From positions 88,145 to 152,144 of the forward strand of contig CAVVHI010000006.1 of the NCBI GenBank assembly GCA_963747975.1: a stretch of 64,000 bases of DNA, in the 5' to 3' direction. The notes below the pieces were generated by a model, which was given only the letters and a program-made list of their open reading frames with translations, did no database searches and was not told the DNA's origin. Positions 29,721 to 38,744 of the stretch are shown here, piece after piece; within the stretch, counting starts at the first letter, position 1, and each line of letters starts with the position of its first letter. The DNA is from an uncultured Actinomycetota bacterium (GTDB lineage: Bacteria; Actinomycetota; Actinomycetes; Propionibacteriales; Nocardioidaceae). The position numbers and the translations under genes are program-made.

Positions 29721-31247
29721 ATGCCGCAGGTGATCGAGATCGACGAGCTCGACGCGGGGCGGTGCCTCGCGACGTTCGGTCACCTGCGTGCCGTGCGGGA
29801 GGACGCCGACCGGGACACCCTCCTGCTGTGCGCCCACTTCGCGGACCTGCACGACGTGGACTCGCGCACCAGTGCGCCGTTGCCGGGTCGCGGCCGGGAG
29901 CGCCCGGTGCGCCTGGGCGGGGAGGGCACTCCCCTGGTGTGGGAGTTCGCGGTCGCCGAGGCCGCCGCGGAGCTCGGCATGACGACGTGGTCGGCGAGGC
30001 GGCTGCTGGCCGACGCGCTCGACGTCCGGCACCGCCTGCCGCGGCTGTGGCGGGGGCTCACCCACGGAGAGGTCCTCGCCGGCCTGGCAAGGAAGGTCGC
30101 GCAGGCCACTCGCGAGCTCACCGTGGACCAGGCGGCCGGGGTCGACGAGAGGATCGCCGGGTACGCCGACGGACGGCTGCCCTTCTCGCGGTTCATGGGC
30201 CGCCTCGAGGGTCTGGTCGTCGCCGCGGACCCGTCCGCCGCGGCGGATCGGGAGCGCAGGGCCCGCGAGGACGAGTTCGCGAAGGTCGGGAAGTCCAACG
30301 ACCACGGCCAGCGGACCCTGTACGTCCGCACCGGCGCGGCGCAGATGGCGCGGATCGACGCCACGATCGCGTTCTACGCCGATGCGCTCGCCGCGCTCGG
30401 CGACACCGACCCACTGGACAAGCGACGCAGCAAGGCGGTCCTGCCGCTGGCGAACCCCACCCAGGCGGTGGCGCTGCTCCAGGCCCTGGCTGCCCGGGAG
30501 CGCGGGCACGGCCCCGCGGACGGCCCCGCGGACGGCCCCGCGGACAGCGACGACCACACCGACGATCGGGGTGACGGATCGGGTGCCGAGCCAGGTGCCG
30601 GCGCCGAGGGCGACGGCCGCGGCGGCGACAACGACGAGGGCGCCGGGCCACCCGGCTCCGCCGAGGCCTTCCTCAGACCGTTCTTCACCCCGTTCCGACC
30701 CAGCTCGGTGCCGCCGTGCGCGTGCTGGGGCGGCGGGTTCCTGCTCGACGCCGCCGCGATGTTGCCGGAAGTCACCCTCTACCTCCACGGCCACCTCGAG
30801 TCCCTCGCCCGCGGCGACGGGGTGGTGCGCTGGGAGGGCGTCGGGCCGATCACCGGGGAGTACCTCCGCGCCGTGCTCGGGCCGCACGCCCGGTTCACGG
30901 TGAAGCCGGTGGTCGACCCCGAAGGCATCCCTCCCGCCGACGGCTACGAGATCCCGGCAGCGATGGCCGGGGCGCTGCTCCACCACCGGGTGAAGACCCA
31001 CGGCCGCTGGCAGGTCCGCCAGCCCTTCCCCGGCGTCTACCTGTGGAGATCACCGCACGGCAGCTTGTACTACGTCGACAACACGGGCACCCGGCAGCTG
31101 AGCGGTCCGACGTACCGCTGCGGCCGACCTGGCCCCGGTTCCCCGGCCACGCCGGAGGGGACCACCTTCCGGACCTCCGTGGCGGACATCCTCTCCGACG
31201 AGAGCGCGTCGATCGCCAGGTTCCGCAGGTTCCTCGACGCCTGCTGA
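29721..31247 (+). CDS. DUF222 (13E12 repeat family) protein with truncated HNH
   Basis: GGEGTP.V.EFA.AE, ADALD.RHRLPRLW, ARKVAQAT; C-terminal HHRVKTHGRW..W.SP.G. Confidence 0.8.
   Translation: MPQVIEIDELDAGRCLATFGHLRAVREDADRDTLLLCAHFADLHDVDSRTSAPLPGRGRERPVRLGGEGTPLVWEFAVAEAAAELGMTTWSARRLLADALDVRHRLPRLWRGLTHGEVLAGLARKVAQATRELTVDQAAGVDERIAGYADGRLPFSRFMGRLEGLVVAADPSAAADRERRAREDEFAKVGKSNDHGQRTLYVRTGAAQMARIDATIAFYADALAALGDTDPLDKRRSKAVLPLANPTQAVALLQALAARERGHGPADGPADGPADSDDHTDDRGDGSGAEPGAGAEGDGRGGDNDEGAGPPGSAEAFLRPFFTPFRPSSVPPCACWGGGFLLDAAAMLPEVTLYLHGHLESLARGDGVVRWEGVGPITGEYLRAVLGPHARFTVKPVVDPEGIPPADGYEIPAAMAGALLHHRVKTHGRWQVRQPFPGVYLWRSPHGSLYYVDNTGTRQLSGPTYRCGRPGPGSPATPEGTTFRTSVADILSDESASIARFRRFLDAC
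30509..30544. repeat. 12-bp unit x3 inside DUF222 linker
   Basis: cggccccgcgga x3 (encodes GPAD repeats). Confidence 0.9.
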
Positions 31248-31390
31248 CTGGGTCCGTCGCGGGTGCTCAGACCTCGTGGTCCGGAGCCCGAGCCCGGCTC
31301 CGGCCGGACGCTTTCCTGGGGTTTGGTCGCTTTGTGGCGTACCGTGACGGGCCTGCCCCGGCATTCGTCTAGCCCCCCTTGTCTCGGCCC

Positions 31391-31813
31391 ATGATCTCCA
31401 GCGACGGAAGGCGAGGAATGGTCCCGACTGCCGACTGGTCGCACGAGACCGTCCTCGCGGCCGAGCCGCGCAGCGCCGGTCTGGCACGCGACTTCGTATG
31501 CCTGCACTTGGTTGCCCACCACCTGTCCCACTTGGCGGAGGACGTGCGCCTGGTGGTCAGTGAGCTCGCGAGCAACGCGGCTGCGCATGCCCAGAAACCG
31601 TTCGTCGTGACCCTGTCGAGGTCGGACGGGTCGGTATGCCTGGCCATCCGCGACGACTCCTCCTCGACCCCGGTCCGTTCCACCCCGGACGTCATGGACA
31701 CCAGTGGCCGCGGGCTGATGATCGTGGAGCTGCTGAGCCAAGCGTGGGGCACGACCACCGACGGTCACGGGTTCAAGTCGGTGTGGGCGTCCTTCCCGAC
31801 CCATCACCGCTGA
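31391..31813 (+). CDS. RsbW-like ATP-binding protein (HATPase_c_2)
   Basis: SAGLARDFV, LVVSELASNAAAHA, DTSGRGL.IVE.LS..WG, KSVWA. Confidence 0.88.
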   Translation: MISSDGRRGMVPTADWSHETVLAAEPRSAGLARDFVCLHLVAHHLSHLAEDVRLVVSELASNAAAHAQKPFVVTLSRSDGSVCLAIRDDSSSTPVRSTPDVMDTSGRGLMIVELLSQAWGTTTDGHGFKSVWASFPTHHR

Positions 31814-31834
31814 GCCTCGTCGGGCCGCGAGTCG

Positions 31835-32698
31835 TCAGCGCCGTGGTGCGCGGGCCAGCTGCCGGGACTGCGCCACCAGCCGCCCTGAGGAGTCCCAGAC
31901 CTCGGCGTCCTCCTCGAGCAGGCCGCCGGCGAAGTTGCGGGTCGCATGGGTGACCTTCAGCCAGCCCGGCGCAGGGTTGCCGCGGACGTGTGCGGTCAGC
32001 TCCAGCGTCGGAGCCCATCCGGGCAGCCCGAAGTCGAAGGTCACCGGCGGCAGGGCGTCGAGCGCCAGCAGCAGCGACAGCGCGTCGGGCTCCCGGCCGT
32101 CGGACATCCGCAGCCAGCCCCGGATCATCCCGCGTCCGCTCGGCCGCCCGACCGCCCAGCCGACCGTGTCGGGGTCGAGGCGCAGGTCGAACCGGTCCAG
32201 GAGCGGGGCACGCTCGACGAAGTCACGCGGGGCGAGGTCGGAGCCGACACAGCGTTCGACCGGCGGCAGGTCCGGCTCCTCGGCCGCCGTACGCACCTCG
32301 TCGGGAAGCTCCGCCAGATCCCCGTAGGTGGCCAGGGCACGCACGCGCTCGACGGTCTCGCCGTCCACGTCCTGGGTCAGCGAGACCGTGCCGGTCGACA
32401 TGCTGCGGCCGCGCCGGACCACCTCGGTCGTGCACGTCGCCGGGCCACCGGTGGCGGCGGACAGGTAGTAGGCGCTGATCGTGATCGGGTCGGGGTGCCC
32501 CTCGTCGGCGAAGGTCTGGCGCAGCGCGTTGGCCGCCACGGCCAGCAGCAGGCCGCCGTTGATGCCGGCGCCGATGCTCCAGTCGGCGTCGAGGTACCCG
32601 TCGTACACGCTCTCGGACCGCGTGGACAGCGCGACCCCGCGGTCGAACTCGGTGTCGGCCACGACCGGCTGCGCGGGGCTCTGCTCAGTGCTCGTCAC
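31835..32698 (-). CDS. Thioesterase family (double hotdog)
   Basis: INGGLLLA, HPDP..ISA.YL, DALPP, WAPTLELT.HVRG.P, LVAQSRQLA. Confidence 0.88.
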   Translation of the reverse strand: MTSTEQSPAQPVVADTEFDRGVALSTRSESVYDGYLDADWSIGAGINGGLLLAVAANALRQTFADEGHPDPITISAYYLSAATGGPATCTTEVVRRGRSMSTGTVSLTQDVDGETVERVRALATYGDLAELPDEVRTAAEEPDLPPVERCVGSDLAPRDFVERAPLLDRFDLRLDPDTVGWAVGRPSGRGMIRGWLRMSDGREPDALSLLLALDALPPVTFDFGLPGWAPTLELTAHVRGNPAPGWLKVTHATRNFAGGLLEEDAEVWDSSGRLVAQSRQLARAPRR

Positions 32699-32761
32699 CG
32701 GACGAGGCTAATCCGTACGCCGGTCCGCCGGACCGACCGGGTCCGAGGAGCGGAGCGTCCC

Positions 32762-33169
32762 TCAGAAGGCCGGACCCCGCTGCGCCGGGACCGGGCTGCG
32801 CTGCGCGACCAGGTGCACGGTGACGTACCGACCGACCGGTCCGTCCCGCGTGGCGCCCTCGAACTCCACGAAACCGTCGTCGATGCGCGTGGAGTGGGCC
32901 TCCCAGAACGGGTAGCACACGGACCCGTCCCAGAGGTGCTCCACGGTCATCGCGACCTGGTCCTCGGTGAGATTGGGTCGGTACTGGCAGAGCCCGACCA
33001 CGAGCTGGTCGGGGTCGTCGGTGTGCTCGACCTCGATGCTGTCGAACAGGCCGGTGCCGGCCAGCGAGTCCCGCAGGACGCCTTCCAGGGCGACCAGGGC
33101 GGGCCCGCGAGCGGGCGAGGCGTTTGCTTGTACGCCCGAGCGCAACGTGTGGAAGTGCATCAGCTGCAT
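32762..33169 (-). CDS. Hypothetical protein, paralog of 24185..24637
   Basis: TGLFDSIEVEHTDDPDQL..FWEAH..DGFVEFEGAT..GRYVTVHLVAQR. Confidence 0.72.
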   Translation of the reverse strand: MQLMHFHTLRSGVQANASPARGPALVALEGVLRDSLAGTGLFDSIEVEHTDDPDQLVVGLCQYRPNLTEDQVAMTVEHLWDGSVCYPFWEAHSTRIDDGFVEFEGATRDGPVGRYVTVHLVAQRSPVPAQRGPAF

Positions 33170-33382
33170 ATCGCGATGATGGCGCTCTTCACCGACACAA
33201 AGAAGGACATTGCCGCCCGCTCAAAACAGTCGAAACCGATAGGTAGCCGGACATCAACGGCCATTCCAAAAGTAAAACTTGGCGACTTCGGGGGATTATC
33301 GCGGCCGGTCCGGAAACAGCGACGTGAACGACGGCGGGAGGTACGCTCCCGGGAAGGGGACGGCTTGCACGTGGGGGGAAAC

Positions 33383-34009
33383 GTGGACACGGGGGACCGG
33401 ATCAAGGTCGGGGTCATCGACGACCATGACCTGATGGTGGCCGGCGTGCGCGCCCTGCTGTCGACCCAGAACTCGCCTGCCCGGTTCGTCGCCGGCTCCG
33501 ACAGCGTCGCCGGGCTGCTGCGCATCCAGCAGAGCCTCGACGTGGTCGTGCTCGACGTGCGGCTGCACGACGGTTCGCGCCCCGAGGAGAACATCAGCAC
33601 CCTCAGGAGCCGCGGCCTTCCGGTGCTGCTCCACACCGACCGCGCCCACCGGGAGGCCACGCCGGTCCTGATCCGCGCCGGGGCGCACGGGCTGGTGTGG
33701 AAGAACGACCCGGCCATCCACCTGCTCCGCGCGATCGTGGCCGTCGCCCAGGGCGAGCAGTGGATGCCGGCCGGCAGCTCCCACGCGGTCACCCTGACCC
33801 ACCGCGAGACCGAGGTGCTGCGGCTCTACGCCACCGGCATGAAGTACGCCGAGGTCGCCCGCGCCCTCGAACCACCGGTGAGCGTGGAGTCGGTGAAGAC
33901 CTACCTGTCGCGGATCCGCGCGCGGTACGCCGACGCCGAACGGCCCGCCTCCACCCGGATGGAGCTGCGCCAGCGCGCCCTCGAGGACGGCCTGCTCCCG
34001 CCCGAGTAG
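33383..34009 (+). CDS. Orphan NarL/LuxR-type response regulator
   Basis: VIDDHDL, VVVLDVRL (phospho-Asp), WKN, LTHRETEVLRLYATG..SVKTYLSRIR.RY. Confidence 0.9.
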   Translation: MDTGDRIKVGVIDDHDLMVAGVRALLSTQNSPARFVAGSDSVAGLLRIQQSLDVVVLDVRLHDGSRPEENISTLRSRGLPVLLHTDRAHREATPVLIRAGAHGLVWKNDPAIHLLRAIVAVAQGEQWMPAGSSHAVTLTHRETEVLRLYATGMKYAEVARALEPPVSVESVKTYLSRIRARYADAERPASTRMELRQRALEDGLLPPE

Positions 34010-34010
34010 G

Positions 34011-36542
34011 TCACAGCTCGACGAGGTCCACCTCGGCGAGGACCAGCTCGGCCGCCTCGTCGGAGGCGTCGAGGTCCACCTCGGCGACGACCCGCCAGTC
34101 GTGGTCGCCCTCGGGGTCGGCCAGGATCTGCTGGACCCGCCAGCTGCGGCCGTCCTTCTCCACGACGATCATGTGCGGCCCGCGGGCGTCCGGCCCGGTG
34201 CCGATCGAGTCGTGCTCCTTGAAGTAGGCCTCGAGCGCCTCCCGCCACGTCCCGGCGTCCATGCCGAGTTCGGAGTCGAGCTCCCCGAGCTCGTCGTACG
34301 CCCGGCGTGCGGCGAGCTCGACCCGGCGGAACATCGCGTTGCGCACGAGCACCATGAAGGACCGCTCGTTCGCGGTGACCGGGCGTGGTCCGGCAGGGTG
34401 CGCGTGCGCCTCGACGAGGTCGCGCGCCGACTCCGGGTCCTCGGCGGGGTGGGACAGCTGCTCCCACTCGTCGAGCAGGCTGGAGTCGGTCTGCCGCACC
34501 GTCTCCCCCAGCCACTCGACGAGGTCGGTGAGCTCGTCGTCGCGCATGCTCTCCGGCACGGTCTGGCGCAGCGCCTTGTAGCCGTCGCCGAGGTAGCGGA
34601 GCACGATGCCCTCCGAGCGGGCGAGGTCGTAGAAGGCGACGTACTCCCCGAACGTCATCGCCCGCTCGTACAGGTCGCGCACCACCGACTTCGGGGACAC
34701 CGGGCTCTCGGCGATCCACGGATGGCTGCCGGCGTACACCGAGAAGGTGTGCTCGAGCAGCTCCTCGAGCGGCTTGGGGTAGGAGACGTCCTCGAGCAGC
34801 TCCATCCGCTCGTCGTAGTCGATGCCCTCGGCCTTCATCTCCCCCACCGCCTCGCCGCGGGCCCTGAACTCCTGGGCGTTGAGCACCGGGCGGGGGTCCT
34901 CCAGCGTCGCCTCGATCACCGACACCACGTCGAGCGCGTACGTCGGCGCCTCGGGGTCGAGCGCCTCCAGGGTCGCGAGCGCGTACGTCGACAGCGGCTG
35001 GTTGAGCGCGAAGTCGAGCTGCAGGCCCTCGACGAGCCGCACGGTCCGGCCGTCCGGAGCCGGCGGGTCCACCCGCTCCACCACCCCGGCGGCGAGCAGC
35101 GAGCGGTAGATCGCGACCGCCCGGCGGACCAGACGGACCTGGCTGCGGCCGTCCTCGTGGTTGTCGCGCAGCAGGTGCCGCAACGCCTCGAACGGGTCGC
35201 CCGGCCGGGCGACCACGTTGAGCAGCATGCCGTGGGTGACCCGCATCCGGCTCTGCAGCGGCTCCGGGTCGGCCGCCACGAGGCGCTGGTAGGTGTCCTC
35301 GGTCCAGGTCACGAACCCCTCCGGGGGCTTCTTCCGCTGGACCTTGCGCTGCTTCTTCGGGTCGTCCCCGGCCTTCTGCAGCGCCTTGTGGTTCTCGACC
35401 ACGTGGTCGGGGGCCTGTACGACGACCGCTCCGGACGTGTCGTAGCCGGCCCGCCCGGCACGTCCCGCGATCTGGTGGAACTCCCGGGCCTTGAGCACCC
35501 GTTGCCGGCGCCCGTCGTACTTGGTCAGCGCGGTGAACACCACGGTGCGGATCGGCACGTTGATGCCCACGCCGAGGGTGTCGGTGCCACAGACGACCTT
35601 CAGCAGGCCTGCCTGCGCCAGCTGTTCGACGAGGCGCCGGTACTTCGGCAGCATCCCCGCGTGGTGGACCCCGATGCCGTGCCGGACCAGCCGCGAGAGG
35701 GTCTTGCCGAACCCCTTGCTGAACCGGAAGTCGCCGATCGTCTCCGCGATCCGGTCCTTCTCCTCGCGGGTGCACACGTTGATGCTCGTCAACGCCTGTG
35801 CGCGCTCCAGGGCGGCGGCCTGGGTGAAGTGGACGACGTAGACCGGCGCCTGGTTGGTGGTCAGCAGCTCCTCGAGCGTCTCGTGCAGCGGGGTCAGCGC
35901 CCAGGAGTAGCTCAGCGGCACCGGGCGCTCGGCGTGCGCGACGACGGCGGTCTCCCGGCCGGTGCGGCGGGTGAGGTCGCGTTGGAAGAAGGAGACGTCA
36001 CCGAGCGTGGCGGACATCAGCAGGAACTGTGCCTGGGGCAGCTCGAGCAGCGGCACCTGCCACGCCCAGCCGCGGTCGGGCTCGGAGTAGAAGTGGAACT
36101 CGTCCATGACCACCTGGCCGATGTCGGCCTGCGCCCCCTCGCGCAACGCCTGGTTGGCCAGCACCTCGGCGGTGCAGCAGACGACCGGGGCATGGGCGTT
36201 GACCGCGGCGTCACCGGTCATCATGCCGACGTTCTCCGCACCGAACACCTCGCACAGCGCGAAGAACTTCTCGCTGACCAGCGCCTTGATCGGCGCGGTG
36301 TAGTAGGTGCGCCGGCCCTCCGCCATCGCCGCGAAGTGGGCCCCGACCGCGACCAGGCTCTTCCCCGACCCGGTGGGCGTGGCCAGGATGACGTTGGCCC
36401 CGGTGAGGAGCTCGATCACCGCCTCCTCCTGCGCCGGGTAGGGCGTGATGCCCTGGTCGGAGACCCAGGTGGTGAAGGCGTCGAGGAGCGCGTCGGGGTC
36501 GGCGGGGCCGTCGGTGTCCGGCAGCAGGTCGAGGAGAGTCAT
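34011..36542 (-). CDS. DEAD/DEAH-box Ski2-like helicase (DUF3516)
   Basis: TPTGSGKS, PIKALVSEK, MDEFH, MSATLG, HHAGML, TDTLGVGIN, QIAGRAGR. Confidence 0.93.
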   Translation of the reverse strand: MTLLDLLPDTDGPADPDALLDAFTTWVSDQGITPYPAQEEAVIELLTGANVILATPTGSGKSLVAVGAHFAAMAEGRRTYYTAPIKALVSEKFFALCEVFGAENVGMMTGDAAVNAHAPVVCCTAEVLANQALREGAQADIGQVVMDEFHFYSEPDRGWAWQVPLLELPQAQFLLMSATLGDVSFFQRDLTRRTGRETAVVAHAERPVPLSYSWALTPLHETLEELLTTNQAPVYVVHFTQAAALERAQALTSINVCTREEKDRIAETIGDFRFSKGFGKTLSRLVRHGIGVHHAGMLPKYRRLVEQLAQAGLLKVVCGTDTLGVGINVPIRTVVFTALTKYDGRRQRVLKAREFHQIAGRAGRAGYDTSGAVVVQAPDHVVENHKALQKAGDDPKKQRKVQRKKPPEGFVTWTEDTYQRLVAADPEPLQSRMRVTHGMLLNVVARPGDPFEALRHLLRDNHEDGRSQVRLVRRAVAIYRSLLAAGVVERVDPPAPDGRTVRLVEGLQLDFALNQPLSTYALATLEALDPEAPTYALDVVSVIEATLEDPRPVLNAQEFRARGEAVGEMKAEGIDYDERMELLEDVSYPKPLEELLEHTFSVYAGSHPWIAESPVSPKSVVRDLYERAMTFGEYVAFYDLARSEGIVLRYLGDGYKALRQTVPESMRDDELTDLVEWLGETVRQTDSSLLDEWEQLSHPAEDPESARDLVEAHAHPAGPRPVTANERSFMVLVRNAMFRRVELAARRAYDELGELDSELGMDAGTWREALEAYFKEHDSIGTGPDARGPHMIVVEKDGRSWRVQQILADPEGDHDWRVVAEVDLDASDEAAELVLAEVDLVEL

Positions 36543-36598
36543 CGTCCCCATCGTCGCGCACCCCGTGTGAGCCGCCCCCAACCGGGCACCCCACGTCC

Positions 36599-37207
36599 AT
36601 GAGCAGCCTGAGAGCACTGGTCCTGAACTGCACGCTGAAGCCGGAGCCGACTGCTTCCAGCACCCAGAAGCTGGGCGAGGAGGTGCTCGCGGCGCTCGGC
36701 GAGCACGACGTGAGCGGCGAGATGGTCCGCGTCGTCGACGAGCAGGTGAAGTTCGGGGTGCAGACCGACGAGGGCGACGGCGACGGGTGGCCCCGGATCC
36801 GGCGGAAGATGCTGGAGTCCGACCTCCTCGTCCTCGCGACCCCGATCTGGCTGGGACAGCCCTCGGCGGTGTGCAAGATGGTCCTCGAGCGCCTCGACGC
36901 CGAGCTCGGGGAGACCGACGACGAGGGCCGGATGCTCACCTACGGCAAGGTGGCAGGCGTCGCGGTCGTGGGCAACGAGGACGGCGCCCACCACGTCAGC
37001 GCCGAGCTCTACCAGGCCCTCGGCGACGTGGGGTTCACGGTCCCGGCCAACGGCGTGACGTACTGGGTGGGCGAAGCCATGCAGGGCATCGACTACCAGG
37101 ACAAGGACCCGCGCCCGGAGAGCACGGAGCAGACGACCCGCACGCTTGCCGCCAACGCCAGCCACCTCGCGCGGCTGCTCCGCGACAACCCGTACCCCGC
37201 CGCCTGA
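36599..37207 (+). CDS. Flavodoxin-like / NADPH-dependent FMN reductase family
   Basis: ALVLNCTLK, ATPIWLGQ, VVGNEDGAHH, YWVGEA. Confidence 0.85.
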   Translation: MSSLRALVLNCTLKPEPTASSTQKLGEEVLAALGEHDVSGEMVRVVDEQVKFGVQTDEGDGDGWPRIRRKMLESDLLVLATPIWLGQPSAVCKMVLERLDAELGETDDEGRMLTYGKVAGVAVVGNEDGAHHVSAELYQALGDVGFTVPANGVTYWVGEAMQGIDYQDKDPRPESTEQTTRTLAANASHLARLLRDNPYPAA

Positions 37208-37330
37208 AATCCCGGCCCGGAGAAGGCATGCCGGCTCGTACCGGGGGTACGGCCTTGGACCAGCCGGAACCATCGCACCCACATCCCGCGGACGAGGAGT
37301 CCGCGGCCAACGAGGATCGAGGCACGGGTC

Positions 37331-37498
37331 ATGACCGGACACAGCACGCCCGACGAGTCCCGTCGACGCCTCAAGGGCGAGGGAGAGCTCACCGCACAGC
37401 TGATCACCGCCGCCACCGAGGCCCCTGAGCACCTCAGCCAGGACAAGATCGACGACATCCTCGGTGTCGCCGACGCCGACGCCGACGCCGAAAACTGA
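37331..37498 (+). CDS. 55-aa hypothetical protein
   Basis: MTGHSTPDESRRRLKGEGELTAQLITAATEAPEHLSQDKIDDILGVADADADAEN; below ORF-track cutoff. Confidence 0.5.
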   Translation: MTGHSTPDESRRRLKGEGELTAQLITAATEAPEHLSQDKIDDILGVADADADAEN

Positions 37499-37510
37499 CC
37501 CCGGCCGCCG

Positions 37511-38617
37511 TCACTCGGGTGTGACCACCACCGGGACGGCGGTGTCGGCGTTGTTGGCGAACCCTCCGCGGTTCCACGGCGCCTCGGCCGGCTGCACGCG
37601 ACCGGTCTCGTCGTGTGCCCGCGCCCGCAACCGGTGCTCGCCCGGCCCGGCCTCCCACGCCGCCGTGAACCGCTGCCACGCGTGCCGCCCGGGCGGGTCC
37701 TCGACGTCGGCCTCCCACCAGGTCCGCCCGTCGTCGGCGCTGACCTCGACCCGGACGATGCGCCCCCAGCCCGACCAGGCACGTCCGGCCAGTAGGTGCG
37801 GGCCCGGGCGGGTCACCCGGGTCCGGGTCATGAACTCCGGCCACCCCGGCGGGACCAGCAGGGCCCGGGGCTCGATCCGGGTGAGCGGCGTCCCGGGATC
37901 CGCGGCGTCCTGCTTGAGACGGTAGGCGACCGCGTTCTGGAAGCCGTCGAAACCGCGGTCGAGCACCTCGATGCGCCGCAGCCACTTCACGTGCGCCATG
38001 CCGTACCACCCCGGCACCACCAGCCGTAGCGGGAACCCGTGCTGGGGCGGCAGCGGCTGCCCGTTCATCTCGTAGGCGAGCAGCACGTCCCCCGAGGTCG
38101 CCTCGGCCACCGGCAGTCCCCGCTGGTAGTACTGGGCCACCCCGCGCTCGACACCGTGGTCGACACCGGTGAACGCCACGTCCACGGCGTCGTCGTGGAC
38201 ACCGGCCTCGTGCAGCACGTCGGCCAGCCGGACCCCGGTCCACTCGGCAGTGCCCACGCCGCCGGTGAGCCACGGCTGGCTGACCGGCCGCGGGTGCAGC
38301 AGCGCACGTCCGTTGCCGGCGCACTCCAGCGTCACGACCGACGAGTGCCGCGGCAGCTCCTGCAGGGTCTCCAGGTCCAGCGTCAGCGAACGGGCGACCT
38401 GGCCCGCGACGTCCAGGCGCCACGAGTCCGGCTCCACGTACGGGATGTCGTAGTGCACCAGCACGTAGTGGAGGCCGGGCGGCGTGACGTCGTACCTGAG
38501 TGCCTCGAGCGGCATGGCATGGTTGCGGGCGGCCAGGGCCAGCTCCTCGGCCGAGATCGCCTCGTCAGGACCGGCGATCCTGGCCGGCGCGCCGATCTGC
38601 TCCACGGTTCCTGTCAT
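37511..38617 (-). CDS. Sulfite oxidase-family molybdopterin oxidoreductase
   Basis: TLECAGNGR, AYEMNGQPLPPQHGFPLRLVVPGWYGMAHVKW, GRAWSG, VEVS.D.G. Confidence 0.9.
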   Translation of the reverse strand: MTGTVEQIGAPARIAGPDEAISAEELALAARNHAMPLEALRYDVTPPGLHYVLVHYDIPYVEPDSWRLDVAGQVARSLTLDLETLQELPRHSSVVTLECAGNGRALLHPRPVSQPWLTGGVGTAEWTGVRLADVLHEAGVHDDAVDVAFTGVDHGVERGVAQYYQRGLPVAEATSGDVLLAYEMNGQPLPPQHGFPLRLVVPGWYGMAHVKWLRRIEVLDRGFDGFQNAVAYRLKQDAADPGTPLTRIEPRALLVPPGWPEFMTRTRVTRPGPHLLAGRAWSGWGRIVRVEVSADDGRTWWEADVEDPPGRHAWQRFTAAWEAGPGEHRLRARAHDETGRVQPAEAPWNRGGFANNADTAVPVVVTPE

Positions 38618-38744
38618 GGTCATCACCTCGGGTCCACGCTGGCACCGTCCCCGGGGCCGGCACAACACCCGTCCAGACGGCCTCCGCCGGCGTCCTGGCC
38701 CCCGCACCTGCGCCGCGCCCCGGGCGGTCGGGCAGGATGGCGGC

